From: Tubulanus polymorphus
Taxonomy: Eukaryota; Animalia; Nemertea
Reading direction: 5' to 3'
DNA: 64,000 nt
Assembly: GCF_964204645.1 (NCBI RefSeq)
Contig: NC_134028.1
Span: forward strand, 14,453,653 to 14,517,652
The first letter of the stretch is position 1, and every line of letters starts with the position of its first letter. Position numbers and translations under genes: made by a program. Below are positions 25,673 through 36,304 of the stretch, piece after piece. Below the pieces are notes generated by a model. The model saw only the letters and a program-made list of their open reading frames with translations. It did not search any database and was not told where the DNA came from.

Positions 25673-25970
25673 ATGGAGAGTAAACAAGCACACAGTGAGA
25701 ACAACAAATTATTTCTAGATAGAATTAAAGATATAACAAATGTAAAATCTGTAGATTATAAATTCAAAAAGTTAACAGAATTAACAATCCATAAGAAATA
25801 TCTAATTACAAATATTGATACAGTTACTAATAACTATGGAGATAAATTAGTTATACACTTAGAATATGAAGGATTAAAAGGAAATACATATAAATTCAGA
25901 ACATATTTACCGGATAGATTTCATAGATTATCAAGTGAAGATTTAGAAGAATTATGTTCTGGAGATTTCT
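25673..25970 (+). pseudogene. Small OB-like protein gene truncated by LINE insertion
   Basis: Matches 41451-41804 up to LCSGDF, then diverges. Confidence 0.8.
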
Positions 25971-26316
25971 TCGATATCCAACTTCAAAATTCAGCTTCAG
26001 CGTTATCTTCGTTCCACTTATTAATTATCTGTGTAATCTTTTATAACGTGCCACATTACTTTATCTGCAATTGTCTATGTATATTATGTATATTTGGTTT
26101 GTTTGGTAAACTAGGAATGAATGTGAATTGGTGTATATGTCTGTGTGTATGTGAGAGTGTATGGACGAGGGATTAGGACTAGATTAAGCCAACTTTGGCT
26201 TCTCCTAATTCCTCGCATAATTTATTGGTACATTGTTTTCCATATATTGTGTATTCATTTGTAAACTCTGTAACAATCTTTTATGCAAATAAATAAATCA
26301 TCAATCATCATAAATC
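25971..26316 (+). mobile_element. 5'-truncated LINE (CR1/L2-like) 3' end
   Basis: Encodes SISNFKIQLQRYLRSTY* (resembles ORF2 C-terminus), followed by 3' UTR, AATAAA and (ATCA)n-like tail. Confidence 0.65.
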
Positions 26317-27641
26317 AATTTAGCATTTTCATGGGATTTATTATCATCATTTAGTTTAATTATATCATGTTGAATAACACCGTGTGGGTGCCATACGGCA
26401 CCATTATCAGTTCTTATATCACCGTGTGGGTGCCGTACGGCACTATCTTCTGATGTATTGTAATCTTTTATTTTAGAATCATTATTTAATTTAATATTAT
26501 TAGTTTAAGTTTCTGTTGATTGAATATGTTTTTTAATTTTTTCACCTTCCATTAATTTTGGAGCAGTAATAATCTTTTTATTTATATCATTTAACCCAAA
26601 TGAATTATTTATTGTTGCAGTTTTAATTAGATTATTATAACCAATTATGTTTCCCATCTTTAATACTAAATCATTAGAAATAATTAATAGATTAGGGCCT
26701 AAACAATAATTTAATCTAATATGTGATTTATCTAAATAATTTTGATATCTTATAATGTTTTCTGGAATCGATCTATTTTTATCATTATGAATGGAATCTT
26801 CAAATAATACTTTGAATTGTTTCTGCGCATCGAATGAAGTGTTATCATTTCCAATTATTGGTGATCTTGTTTCAACTTGCGCACCTAGAATACATATCAA
26901 ATAAGTTCTAATAGATTGATTTATTCTTTGTATTCCAGCTTTAGTAAAACCTTCACTATTTTCTAAAATGAAATTAACCCAACCATTATTGTTTTGTTGT
27001 TGTATATTATTATAATATTTTGGTAATTCATTCCAATTTAGTGTTCTAATATCTGAATTTGTCATTATTTTTCCAAATTCTTTAGTATATAATATTCCTA
27101 ATCCACCCATTGTTCCAATTTTTGCTCTAAAATCTTTATTTGAATTAATATTAAATTCATTACATATTTTATAAAACTTAGAAAAATTAATATTATTATT
27201 CAATTCTTTAAAATATTTTGAACCTGGTAAAGGACATTCTAATTCATCTAATATTAATTTTATTTGAAAATAAGTATGAAATCTAAAAAGTGATAACATC
27301 AATGGTAAACTTGGTTTGTTTAAATGATCATTCCAACTAATTCCACATCCTGTTGTTGCACAATAAACAGCAAAATTCAATTGGTTCTGCCAATACTTCA
27401 TATTAGATTTTAATAACCATTGTTTTGCCTCATTTAAATTTTTGAAATTAATTGTATACACATGAAATATATTTTCCATCTTTGCATTAAAATTATTAGT
27501 TTCAGTAACATAAATTTCTAAATTAGTTAATGAATCTAAAACTTTATTTCTTTATGTAATATCTTTATTAAAATCTATTGCTGGAATATTATATTTAATT
27601 GATTTATTATATTGGAAAGCTTTTGGAAAACTATCTGCCAT
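26317..27641 (-). pseudogene. Conserved Polinton hypothetical protein (WQNQLNFAVYCATTGCG), C-terminal TM lost
   Basis: ORF 26505-27479; homologous to 37790-39169. Confidence 0.75.
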
Positions 27642-27657
27642 TTATATAATTAAAAAA

Positions 27658-28092
27658 TTAATAATTTATTAATTCTTTTAATAATTTATCTTGTTCTTCA
27701 ACTGTTATATGTCCATTTAAACTTATGATATAATCTAGTGTATTCTTTAATTTATTAATTTCTTTTATATTAGTTTTAATTTTTTCTTTATTACTTTTTA
27801 TATTTAATTTTGAACTTATACCGGTTAAAACACTTGAACTTAATCCTAACACACCAATTGATATAGCTAAAGGTGTTAATGGACTGAATATTGCTAAAAA
27901 TGTTATTACAGAACTAATTGTAACCGAACCACTTATAATCAAATAATATATAATTTTAGATTTTAGATATTTTTTCTTTTTTATCTTTAAGTCACTTTCA
28001 AATTCTAATATTTGTTTTTCTAAATATATTTTTAATTTAGTTTTATTTATATCATGAGGAATAATATCAATATTATCAACTTTATCTTCCAT
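27658..28092 (-). CDS. Coiled-coil two-TM small protein
   Basis: Hydrophobic hairpin IIYYLIISG...GVLGLSSSVLTGI; homolog at 39186-39620. Confidence 0.7.
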   Translation of the reverse strand: MEDKVDNIDIIPHDINKTKLKIYLEKQILEFESDLKIKKKKYLKSKIIYYLIISGSVTISSVITFLAIFSPLTPLAISIGVLGLSSSVLTGISSKLNIKSNKEKIKTNIKEINKLKNTLDYIISLNGHITVEEQDKLLKELINY

Positions 28093-28111
28093 TTATTTAG
28101 CAAAAAAATTA

Positions 28112-28534
28112 CTAATTAGTAAACTTATAAGCAACAAATATAACAACAACAGTTCCGCCTAAAATCCAAATTATTTCATATTTCTGTTGTTCTTTACTTG
28201 GGGTATAATAATCTGATAATTTAGGTTTGTATAGATGTAATTTTTCTTTATTGGTTACCGCGTTATATAAACTCATTGCATCATCAACTGTTTGAAAATC
28301 TCTATGTGCAATCTTCTGATCATATAATTCTTTGTTAATATAATCCATATAGTTTTGCCTCTTTTCTCTATATTCTTCTGCTGCTTTATTATATTTCTCT
28401 AATGCTAAGTTATGTCTTCTTTGTTCTCCTAATGAACTATTTTTATCAATATGCTTAAATAAATATCCACCTCCAGTAAATGCTAAAGCGTTAACAATTG
28501 CCGATCCTATAATAGTTATAATTGCAGAAGCCAT
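28112..28534 (-). CDS. Small protein with amphipathic N-terminus, coiled coil and C-terminal TM
   Basis: MASAIITIIGSAIVNALAFTGG...RRHNLALE; homolog at 39641-40063. Confidence 0.7.
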   Translation of the reverse strand: MASAIITIIGSAIVNALAFTGGGYLFKHIDKNSSLGEQRRHNLALEKYNKAAEEYREKRQNYMDYINKELYDQKIAHRDFQTVDDAMSLYNAVTNKEKLHLYKPKLSDYYTPSKEQQKYEIIWILGGTVVVIFVAYKFTN

Positions 28535-28558
28535 TTATTTAGCAAAAAAATTATGCAT

Positions 28559-28780
28559 TTATATGGGAGGAATATATTTTTGTTTTTCCAAATAATCAAT
28601 AGTTAAATTAGATAAAGTAACTGCTAACGTTAATTTTAAAGTATCATTTATATCAAATCTATCATCATTAACACTTCCCATTTTGAATACTTTTTTTAAT
28701 ACCATTGAATAACCAACAGTTCCAACTGATAGTAATGCGCCATTATATAATCCAGTTATTATCCACTTATTATCACTCAT
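28559..28780 (-). CDS. 73 aa hydrophobic protein
   Basis: Conserved with 40088-40309. Confidence 0.65.
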   Translation of the reverse strand: MSDNKWIITGLYNGALLSVGTVGYSMVLKKVFKMGSVNDDRFDINDTLKLTLAVTLSNLTIDYLEKQKYIPPI

Positions 28781-29137
28781 TTATTTATCAAAAAAATTAC
28801 TATCATCAAAATATTTAGTTATCTTATTTATGATTATTTCAACATTTATTTCATTACTAGTTTCATTTGTATATATTTCAATTATTATTTTTTTAATATC
28901 ATCGATGATAAAATCTTCATCTAATTCATAAAATCTTAAAGATTCTCTAATTAAATTAGTAATCTTTTCTACATTTAAAGTTTCTTTATCTATTGTTTTT
29001 TCAAACTCAAATGTTGTTTCATTAGAAAATGTGATATTTTTGATATGTGTAATTACATCATTAACGTTAAATTTCATTTCTTTCTCAAGTTTAAAATCAA
29101 ATCCAAAACATATACTCGGTCCAACAGTTATATTCAT
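28781..29137 (-). CDS. 118 aa acidic hypothetical protein
   Basis: Conserved with 40317-40667. Confidence 0.65.
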   Translation of the reverse strand: MNITVGPSICFGFDFKLEKEMKFNVNDVITHIKNITFSNETTFEFEKTIDKETLNVEKITNLIRESLRFYELDEDFIIDDIKKIIIEIYTNETSNEINVEIIINKITKYFDDSNFFDK

Positions 29138-29282
29138 TTATATAGTGAAAAAAATAAAAATAAATTGGTTGAAAATTATATGAATAATATTTATTTTAAA
29201 AAAAGGAGGTTTTAAGTATTAAATACATTAATACGTATTTAATACGTATTTAATACGTATTAGATAGATAGATATATAAATT

Positions 29283-29894
29283 TTATTTTATAAATTTATA
29301 TTCATAGGGAAATTGTAGTCTCAGTAATAATTTTGAACCTTTATTATTCTTTATTTTATTCATGTATTCATCATGTAATTCAGTAGGTATAATTTGATTT
29401 TCTTCCAATGATTGTTGCATAGATTTTTTATCTTTGTTATAAAATAAAACTAGAAATCTAATGTTTTCTCTAAAGTCTTTAACAATTGAATTATATTTTT
29501 GATTTAAAACCCAAGTTGTTATCCCGAAATGTCTCCCAGAGAAAGCTAAATAACATAACTCACTTTCTCTCACTTTTGAATCATGTAAATTTGCGCAATC
29601 ATCTATAATAAATAATGTATTTGATCCTTTATAAGTATCAATTGCTATTTTTATACAATTATCTAAATTTTCTTTCACTGTTTTAGGATCTAATATAATA
29701 AACTTTTTCATCTTAACTATATCTCTATTATATGTTTTATTCATTTCATAAGTAGGACAGAATAATATTATATTATCAAAATGATTCTTATAAATAGTTT
29801 CTAACAAGTCTAATATGAAATGTGTTTTACCACAATTGGTTACTCCAGTAACTAAAATATTATGCGGTTCAAATATAAATAAATCTTTATTCAT
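29283..29894 (-). CDS. A32/FtsK-like packaging ATPase, intact
   Basis: GVTNCGKT, FIIDD, SGRH. Confidence 0.9.
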   Translation of the reverse strand: MNKDLFIFEPHNILVTGVTNCGKTHFILDLLETIYKNHFDNIILFCPTYEMNKTYNRDIVKMKKFIILDPKTVKENLDNCIKIAIDTYKGSNTLFIIDDCANLHDSKVRESELCYLAFSGRHFGITTWVLNQKYNSIVKDFRENIRFLVLFYNKDKKSMQQSLEENQIIPTELHDEYMNKIKNNKGSKLLLRLQFPYEYKFIK

Positions 29895-30997
29895 TTATTC
29901 TTTTAATTTTACTAGATAAAATCCATTCATTAAATTTATCATCATATCCTTTATATTTCACCAAAGAATCCTTTTTTCCTTTAAGAGTTTTTGTTTTCAA
30001 TACTTTTTCTATTTTGTATTCTATTTTATCTGGATTTGGTACAAGTGATAATTCTTGTTCATAGAAATAACCTAATATTTCTTCATCTTTTAGATCTTCT
30101 AATTTATAAACAAAAGGTTTAGTTAATATTATCTTTTTAATCTTGAATATTTCTTCAGTAAAATTTGGAGTATAACCTTTATGAAATGTTTTTCTATATT
30201 TAGATATTCTAACGTGTTGTCTAATTTTGAATCTAGGTTCACCGAAATCATGTGTAACAAACGCACCATATAAATTATTCCAAACTATTTCCGAATTATC
30301 TTCTTTTCTAGCTTGTATAGGTTTCATATTTATAGAACTATGTTTAGAATTATTATAACCTTTCACTAAATCATCTAATATATAGATATATTTATATGTT
30401 TCATTAGCAGTAAAATATTTCCACATTCTAGTTTTCAATGTTTTATTAAATCTTTCTATAATAGATGCTTTTTTGTCTGAGTGTGTTGAAAAATAGTCTA
30501 CATCGTTATCAGATAATAGCTTTTTAAAATGTTTGTTATAAAATTCCTTACCTTCATCAAATTGTATCTTATCTGGAATAGCTTCTTTAAATATTGATTT
30601 AAAAGCATTTGTAACTTCTATTCCAGTTTTATTTTTGATTGGAATTGACCACGCGTATCGACTGAATATGTCTATAACATTCAGTATCCAGAAATATCCT
30701 TTGTTGTATTCTTCTAAGTTCTTCATGTCAATTAAATCTGCTTGCCATTGTTGATCAATATGAAACCATAACTTTTCTCGTTAAATAAGTTTTATCCATT
30801 TTCTTGTGGATTCGATACGTTGGTTGATTTTGTAACCATGATTTTAATTCACTATATTTTATATCACCATCTGGGTGCCATACGGCACCATTTTCATTAT
30901 CAGATTTAATTTTATTCCATAATTCTGAAACGTTAGAATATGATACTTCACTTTCTGGGTTATAATATAAATCTCTTAAATATTATTCTTTTTTCAT
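29887..30997 (-). pseudogene. int: rve integrase with chromodomain, disrupted N-terminus
   Basis: ORF 29887-30726 carries FDEGKEF, IERFNKTLK and chromodomain. Confidence 0.93.
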
Positions 30998-31003
30998 CTT
31001 CTT

Positions 31004-31375
31004 TTAATCCATTAATAATAATTTAGATTTAGTTTCAATGGCTTTATGATTTGACTTATTTTCTGGTATAATATGTTTCCGATTGTCATTGGAATCATAT
31101 TTATCATCAGATTTGAATTTTGATTTATATATTACGCCGGATAATATAATAATTGTGATTAACCCAATTGTAATATATAAGTAATTATTTCTTCCACTAT
31201 TAGAAGAATAAGATGGATTATCATTCGAATCAATATGAGATAATTTCTGTGATTCATTTATATCAGTTAATTTCTTTTTCTTAGCTTTTTTTAATTCTGA
31301 AGATCTTTTACCTAATTCTCTTGCCCATTTAATTTGTTTCTCGGATCTAGCCTTTTTCTTAACTCCATCACTCAT
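31004..31375 (-). CDS. Basic N-terminus single-TM protein
   Basis: 123 aa; TM YITIGLITIIILSGVIY. Confidence 0.7.
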   Translation of the reverse strand: MSDGVKKKARSEKQIKWARELGKRSSELKKAKKKKLTDINESQKLSHIDSNDNPSYSSNSGRNNYLYITIGLITIIILSGVIYKSKFKSDDKYDSNDNRKHIIPENKSNHKAIETKSKLLLMD

Positions 31376-31970
31376 TTATTTTAGTTAATTTTTGTTCTGA
31401 TTCATTTTCTGTTCCGACGTTTGGTTGTAGTACATCTGTTTCGTTCTTACCTGCTTTATATTCCATAGGCTTGATATTCGAAAATGTTATGACGCCAGTA
31501 GAAATTAATGTCATAACCGATCCTAATTAAAATGAAGCATAACCAACCCATTTTTGTAATTCAGTCATAACTAAATAGTCATTTTTTAAATCACTATATA
31601 ATTTATTTTCATCATCAATTGGTATTAACTGGTTACATAACTTAGAATAACATTTGACAGTACCATTCGAAATAGAATCATTTATTTTAGCTAATCTTGC
31701 TTCTTCATAAATCTTAAAATATTTTATTACTTTATCTGGTTTCATAGAGTCTAGTTCTTGAAAAGTAATGATTCTATTTAAAAACTCCTTAGATTTCCCG
31801 CCAGCAATTTATTATTCAAGATGATGCTTAAAATATAAATAGTATTCATAATCTATATTGTTATTAACTTGAATAGAATTAGAAACAACTGTTTCTTTAT
31901 TATCACTAATACCCAAATCATCTAATGTCTTTTCAATATCAATACTATTCTTATTAGATTTCTTTGACAT
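31368..31970 (-). pseudogene. Conserved hypothetical Polinton protein
   Basis: Homologous to 15108-15715. Confidence 0.7.
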
Positions 31971-32250
31971 TTATATTAGAGAAATTTAATAAGAAAAATA
32001 TTATAAGTATTATGAAATGATACTAGCTAGTTAAAGCTAGAGAATTCTAGTATTAGTTATTGTTTTTTAGTATTTTTTATTTGTGATATCAAGTATTCTT
32101 TTTTGAAAAGAAAATATTAAAAATTAAAATAGATATAATAGATAGTTGAAGGTATGTAATTTTTATTATATTTTATTTAAATTAGGATTTAGATTATCTC
32201 ACTACTTTTGTTTATCTATTAGGAGCAGTGATTATAACTGTCCAGATAAG

Positions 32251-32925
32251 TCATTTCGGATCCTTGATATCAAATTCCTCAACATATTGTTCATTATTTG
32301 GATCATTGTTCCATAATTCAACAAATGTCTTTGCTTTATCCAGTTGATCTAAATATAATTTCATATCTAGTTTATTAGATTTAATTATGTTTTCCTTCTT
32401 TTCTAAAGGCCTTAAATTTTTCCAACTCCAAATAAGTTTTTTATTGTATTCATCATTCATGTTAAATTTAGATATTGGTAACACGTGATCAATATGGTAA
32501 TAATCCCCATAATTATCTATATTCATTTTATCATCGAATTGAAATATAATCCATGATTTGAGAAATTCATCTGAACAACCCAACAAATTAGATAATGTTT
32601 CTGAATGTGTTTCTTTGTTGAATAATTGTGTTAATCTAGACCCTAAGCATTGTTTCAATCTAAAATTAAGATCTGTTTGATATCTTCCTCTCATATATTC
32701 TGTCATATAATCATTGTAAGCTTCTCTATTATCTTCTCGATATTGTTTGGTATATAGTTTAGTACAAGTTTTACAGCAATATTGAAAACCATCTTTGCTA
32801 ATCTTACGCTTACTAAATTCTGTTAATGATTTATCTAATTCACATTTAGAACACTTCTTGTAATATATATTTATAACGCCAGTGTTATTTGTAATATTGA
32901 TAATTTGTGGTTGTTCTGGTTCCAT
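32251..32925 (-). CDS. HNH endonuclease-like protein, intact
   Basis: CSKC, CCKTC, HIDHVLP...NLRPL...N. Confidence 0.8.
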   Translation of the reverse strand: MEPEQPQIINITNNTGVINIYYKKCSKCELDKSLTEFSKRKISKDGFQYCCKTCTKLYTKQYREDNREAYNDYMTEYMRGRYQTDLNFRLKQCLGSRLTQLFNKETHSETLSNLLGCSDEFLKSWIIFQFDDKMNIDNYGDYYHIDHVLPISKFNMNDEYNKKLIWSWKNLRPLEKKENIIKSNKLDMKLYLDQLDKAKTFVELWNNDPNNEQYVEEFDIKDPK

Positions 32926-33044
32926 TTATTATACGTATTTTTTTACTAAATTTGTTAATAATTTTAGAATCCTTCTCCATTTCTTCGACCAACGTCATCC
33001 TTTTTCATTCCTCGCCGCTTTTGATAAGTTGTTTCGATTCCTTG

Positions 33045-33410
33045 ATATCTAAATCATACCAGTTACAATACCCGCGTCACATGCGGACATACAGGCGCGC
33101 TTTTGCTTAATACGCATGCGTTAATCATAATTATATATTCATTCTATAAATTCTGTAAAATAGAAACAACCAAACACAGAAAATATCAAAACGTGTTCGC
33201 ATTAGGCAAACCGCGCATTCATGCGCGGTTTTGCTCAATGCGCATGCGTTAATCATAATTATATATTCATTATGTAAATAGAAACAACCGACATCAAATA
33301 TCTAAATCATACCACTGGGCAAAACCGCGCATTCGTGCGCGGTTTTGATCAATGCGCATGCGTTAATCATAATTATATTTACATTCTAGAAATAGAAACG
33401 ACCGAACATA
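33045..33410. repeat. Tandem ~115-130 bp hairpin repeats (about 3 units)
   Basis: Units contain TGCGCATGCG and AAACCGCGCATTCATGCGCGGTTT. Confidence 0.85.
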
Positions 33411-34075
33411 AAAATTCACCAAACAGATTTACACAATACATTATACAAGTTGTTCAGTCATTTCTTCCAATACATCATTTGACTTCTATAAATACAATTT
33501 ATAATTACAAACATTTTTTCAATTGCTGGTAAATATTTAACTACATCAATAAATGTTAAACTTAATCATTGGAGTCTTAATGTTTTTGAAATTCTTATAT
33601 AGTTTCTTCGTCGATCTTTTGGCGATTCTATTGGTTCGATATCCATTGCTGTTGATTCCTCAGTCAGAAAGAGTATCTTGAGTTTCTCTATCACTTCTTG
33701 ATTCGTATGGTGTTTTATTAATCTAAAAGATATTAGCGGCAACTCTAGCCATCTAAAAGATATACTAAATACACTTAAATATATCTAAAGGTTTCATATT
33801 TAATAGCCTTAATAACTACAACAAACAGTACTTACATTTAGATTTATAATTGTAAACTATAAACTCCTAATTTCGTTTCGAAAGATAGAATATCCTGAGC
33901 ACAATATTACAGCGCCTTTTCATTTCTTGCCACGTCATCTGGTTCCGGTTCTAGCGTGTTCTCTCTCTGCACGTTTGTAATAATGAGTCATAAGTCTCGG
34001 CGTCATAGTAACAGCTGTAACAGCTGTGAATTTATAGATTTATTCCATAGCTCTGTACATTGAATGTATATAGGC

Positions 34076-34327
34076 TCAAATAGAATTATGTTCTAGTATA
34101 AACATCAGATCCTTGATATCAAATTCCTCAACGTATTGTTCATTATTTGGATCATTATTCCATAATTCAATAAATTTCTTTCCCTTTGTTAACTGTTCTG
34201 AATATAACTGTAAATATTCTAGTTTCAATTTATTCTCTGAATGTGTTTTAGTTTTATTGTGTCTTGCTTTTTGGGATTTATCTATATTGATATTACATGT
34301 TGGACAGTAGTACTTATTTGCTTCCAT
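34076..34327 (-). CDS. Small chimeric ZnF/HNH-tail ORF
   Basis: Homolog of 12820-13047. Confidence 0.6.
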   Translation of the reverse strand: MEANKYYCPTCNINIDKSQKARHNKTKTHSENKLKLEYLQLYSEQLTKGKKFIELWNNDPNNEQYVEEFDIKDLMFILEHNSI

Positions 34328-34407
34328 TTTAATACTAAATTTTTTATTAAAATTGATTTTAGAAGTTCAATGATTTAAATGTTATTCATTTATATGAATA
34401 TTTTAAG

Positions 34408-34812
34408 AGTAATAGGGGTAATGGGCTTTCAAGTTAAAGGTTGAATGGTCGAGTTCATTAATAACAAATATTAAAAGTAATTTAAAACTATAATATATTT
34501 TCATAACCGTGTGTATTTCAGTTGAATAATAGAATAATTATTATTATTAAAATATATTTGATTATATGAATTTGTGTATTGTAAATAAATCAATTGGTCG
34601 TGGAGCGGAGCGGTAGCGAAGTGGAGCGACCAATTGATTTAATACAATATGCTTTTTAGATTATTGATATCTTAGAATAAATATTTAGTTTTAATATAAA
34701 ATGCACACGGTTATGAAAATATATTATAGTTTTTAATTACTTTTAATGTTTTGTTTTTTTAATGAGCTCGACCGTTCGACCTTTGGCCTGAAAGCCCATT
34801 ACCCCTATTACT
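34408..34812. repeat. Terminal palindrome of E3 (405 bp, type B)
   Basis: Reverse complement of 21459-21862. Confidence 0.95.
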
Positions 34813-35006
34813 GATGTAGAAGGTATTACATTATTATCAATTACATTACTTTTATTATTATCGATTTCTATTAGTTTAGTTTTATAAATTTTGAAAATAG
34901 GATCAAATATCAAAGCTATATTACAAGGTATTACATAATATAAACCATCATTATTTTCATGTGTATCGATGTATGGAATATGTTTATATACTTTACCTCC
35001 TTCCAT
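34813..35006 (-). pseudogene. 5' part of repeat/zinc-finger gene of E2
   Basis: MEGGKVYKHIPY... up to VIPSTS, cut by E3. Confidence 0.85.
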
Positions 35007-35038
35007 TTATTATATAAATTTTTATTAAAGTTAAAATT

Positions 35039-36284
35039 TTAATACATAACACTATTCAATTGAGAATTTACAATATTTAATTGCGCGTCAGATATAATAT
35101 AAATGTGCATTTTGAAATTTTTGATTCCTTTATTCTTTGTCATGAATAATTGTATTCCATCTTTAGTGTTTTGTAATTTTTTTCCAGAACCATGTAATGA
35201 ATTATCCTCTGTTGTTCTAAAATATAACCATAATGCATATTTATTGCCGGTATAATAATCAATTTGATTAATATTACAATTTTCAGATGATTTCACTTTT
35301 TCATTCATAAAATGTTTTCTAATTTCTGGCCATTGATCTATCATTCTCATTCCTTGACAAAATATTTTATTTGCTATTCCTTCGATAGTTATTTCTACTT
35401 TTGTTATTTCAGGATTATAATAATTATCAACATTTATTGCGCCATTAGTATATGTTGCAATGGTAAAAAATATTAATATACCTTTAATAGATCTTCTTGG
35501 GAAGTTAATATTCTCATTAATTATTTCATCATTTGCATTAATAGTTACGGTTTTAAATTTATCAATATAATCATATAATAATGAAAATCCTTGATTGTAT
35601 TTAGTATGAATTATACTTGAAATATTCATCAGTTACTGTATCATATTCTAAACATATATTCGATAATTTATAACTCATGTCTTTATTAACGCTAGATATT
35701 ACAATTTCATTAACAGGAGCAAATGTTATTTCGAATATAACATCTTCTTGAATTGCGTATTTATATAAAGGTGCATTGTCATTTATCAATTCAAAGTCTA
35801 ATGGAATTTTATATTTGCTTCCATATATACTTTTTATCAATTTATCTACAGCATTAGTTAATATTGCGCTATTAGCTTCTGATCTTAATTTATTTTGGTT
35901 TTCTGATTGGATTCCTTTAAATATCATAATATTTCTATTTTCTTTAGTTAACCATAAATCTTTATAATGCATAAATAAATTATAATCATCTAATGAGAAA
36001 ACTGTTTCTGGTCCAATCTTTATAATTAATTTTTTAATCAAATATCTTCCAACATTATCAACAACATAATTATTATTATTACCAGTCACTTTTATATCGG
36101 CTGATAAATAAATACTATTTGGAACATAAAAAGTATTTTGTGTTAATCTAGGAATTCTAACAATTAAAGTTTCATCAGGATTAATATTAGAAGGGTTATG
36201 AGTAATTATATGATGTGATCTCTCTGCTTTAATAGCATTAGATATTCTATGATTCTTAGAAGGATTGATATAACTCCCACTCAT
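35039..36284 (-). pseudogene. Major capsid protein (double jelly-roll/hexon-like), one frameshift
   Basis: HNPSNINPDETLIVRIPRL, NVGR..IKKL, YKLSNICLEYD, PRRSIKGIL, YALW..FRT..DN.LHGSG, YIISDAQLNI; ORFs 35601-36284 and 35039-35629; pattern resembles invertebrate Polinton MCPs. Confidence 0.75.
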
Positions 36285-36304
36285 TTATTTAACAAAAAAA
36301 TTAA

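Larger units (their letters stand above)
21459..34812 (-). mobile_element. Nested Polinton E3 (13.35 kb), capsid genes deleted, internal inversion
   Basis: ~600 bp TIRs (21459-22056 / 34214-34812); TSD GATGTA at 21453-21458 and 34813-34818; opposite orientation to E2. Confidence 0.96.

Noticed and set aside
25673-26176. 167 aa ORF with Cys-rich hydrophobic tail as a novel fusion protein
   Set aside because: Read-through of a truncated viral gene into a LINE 3' end
21459-34812. Flip/flop isomers of terminal hairpins as in AAV or poxvirus resolution
   Set aside because: All six ends have the same polarity (outer arm always CCAAAGGTCGAA), so there is no evidence for hairpin inversion
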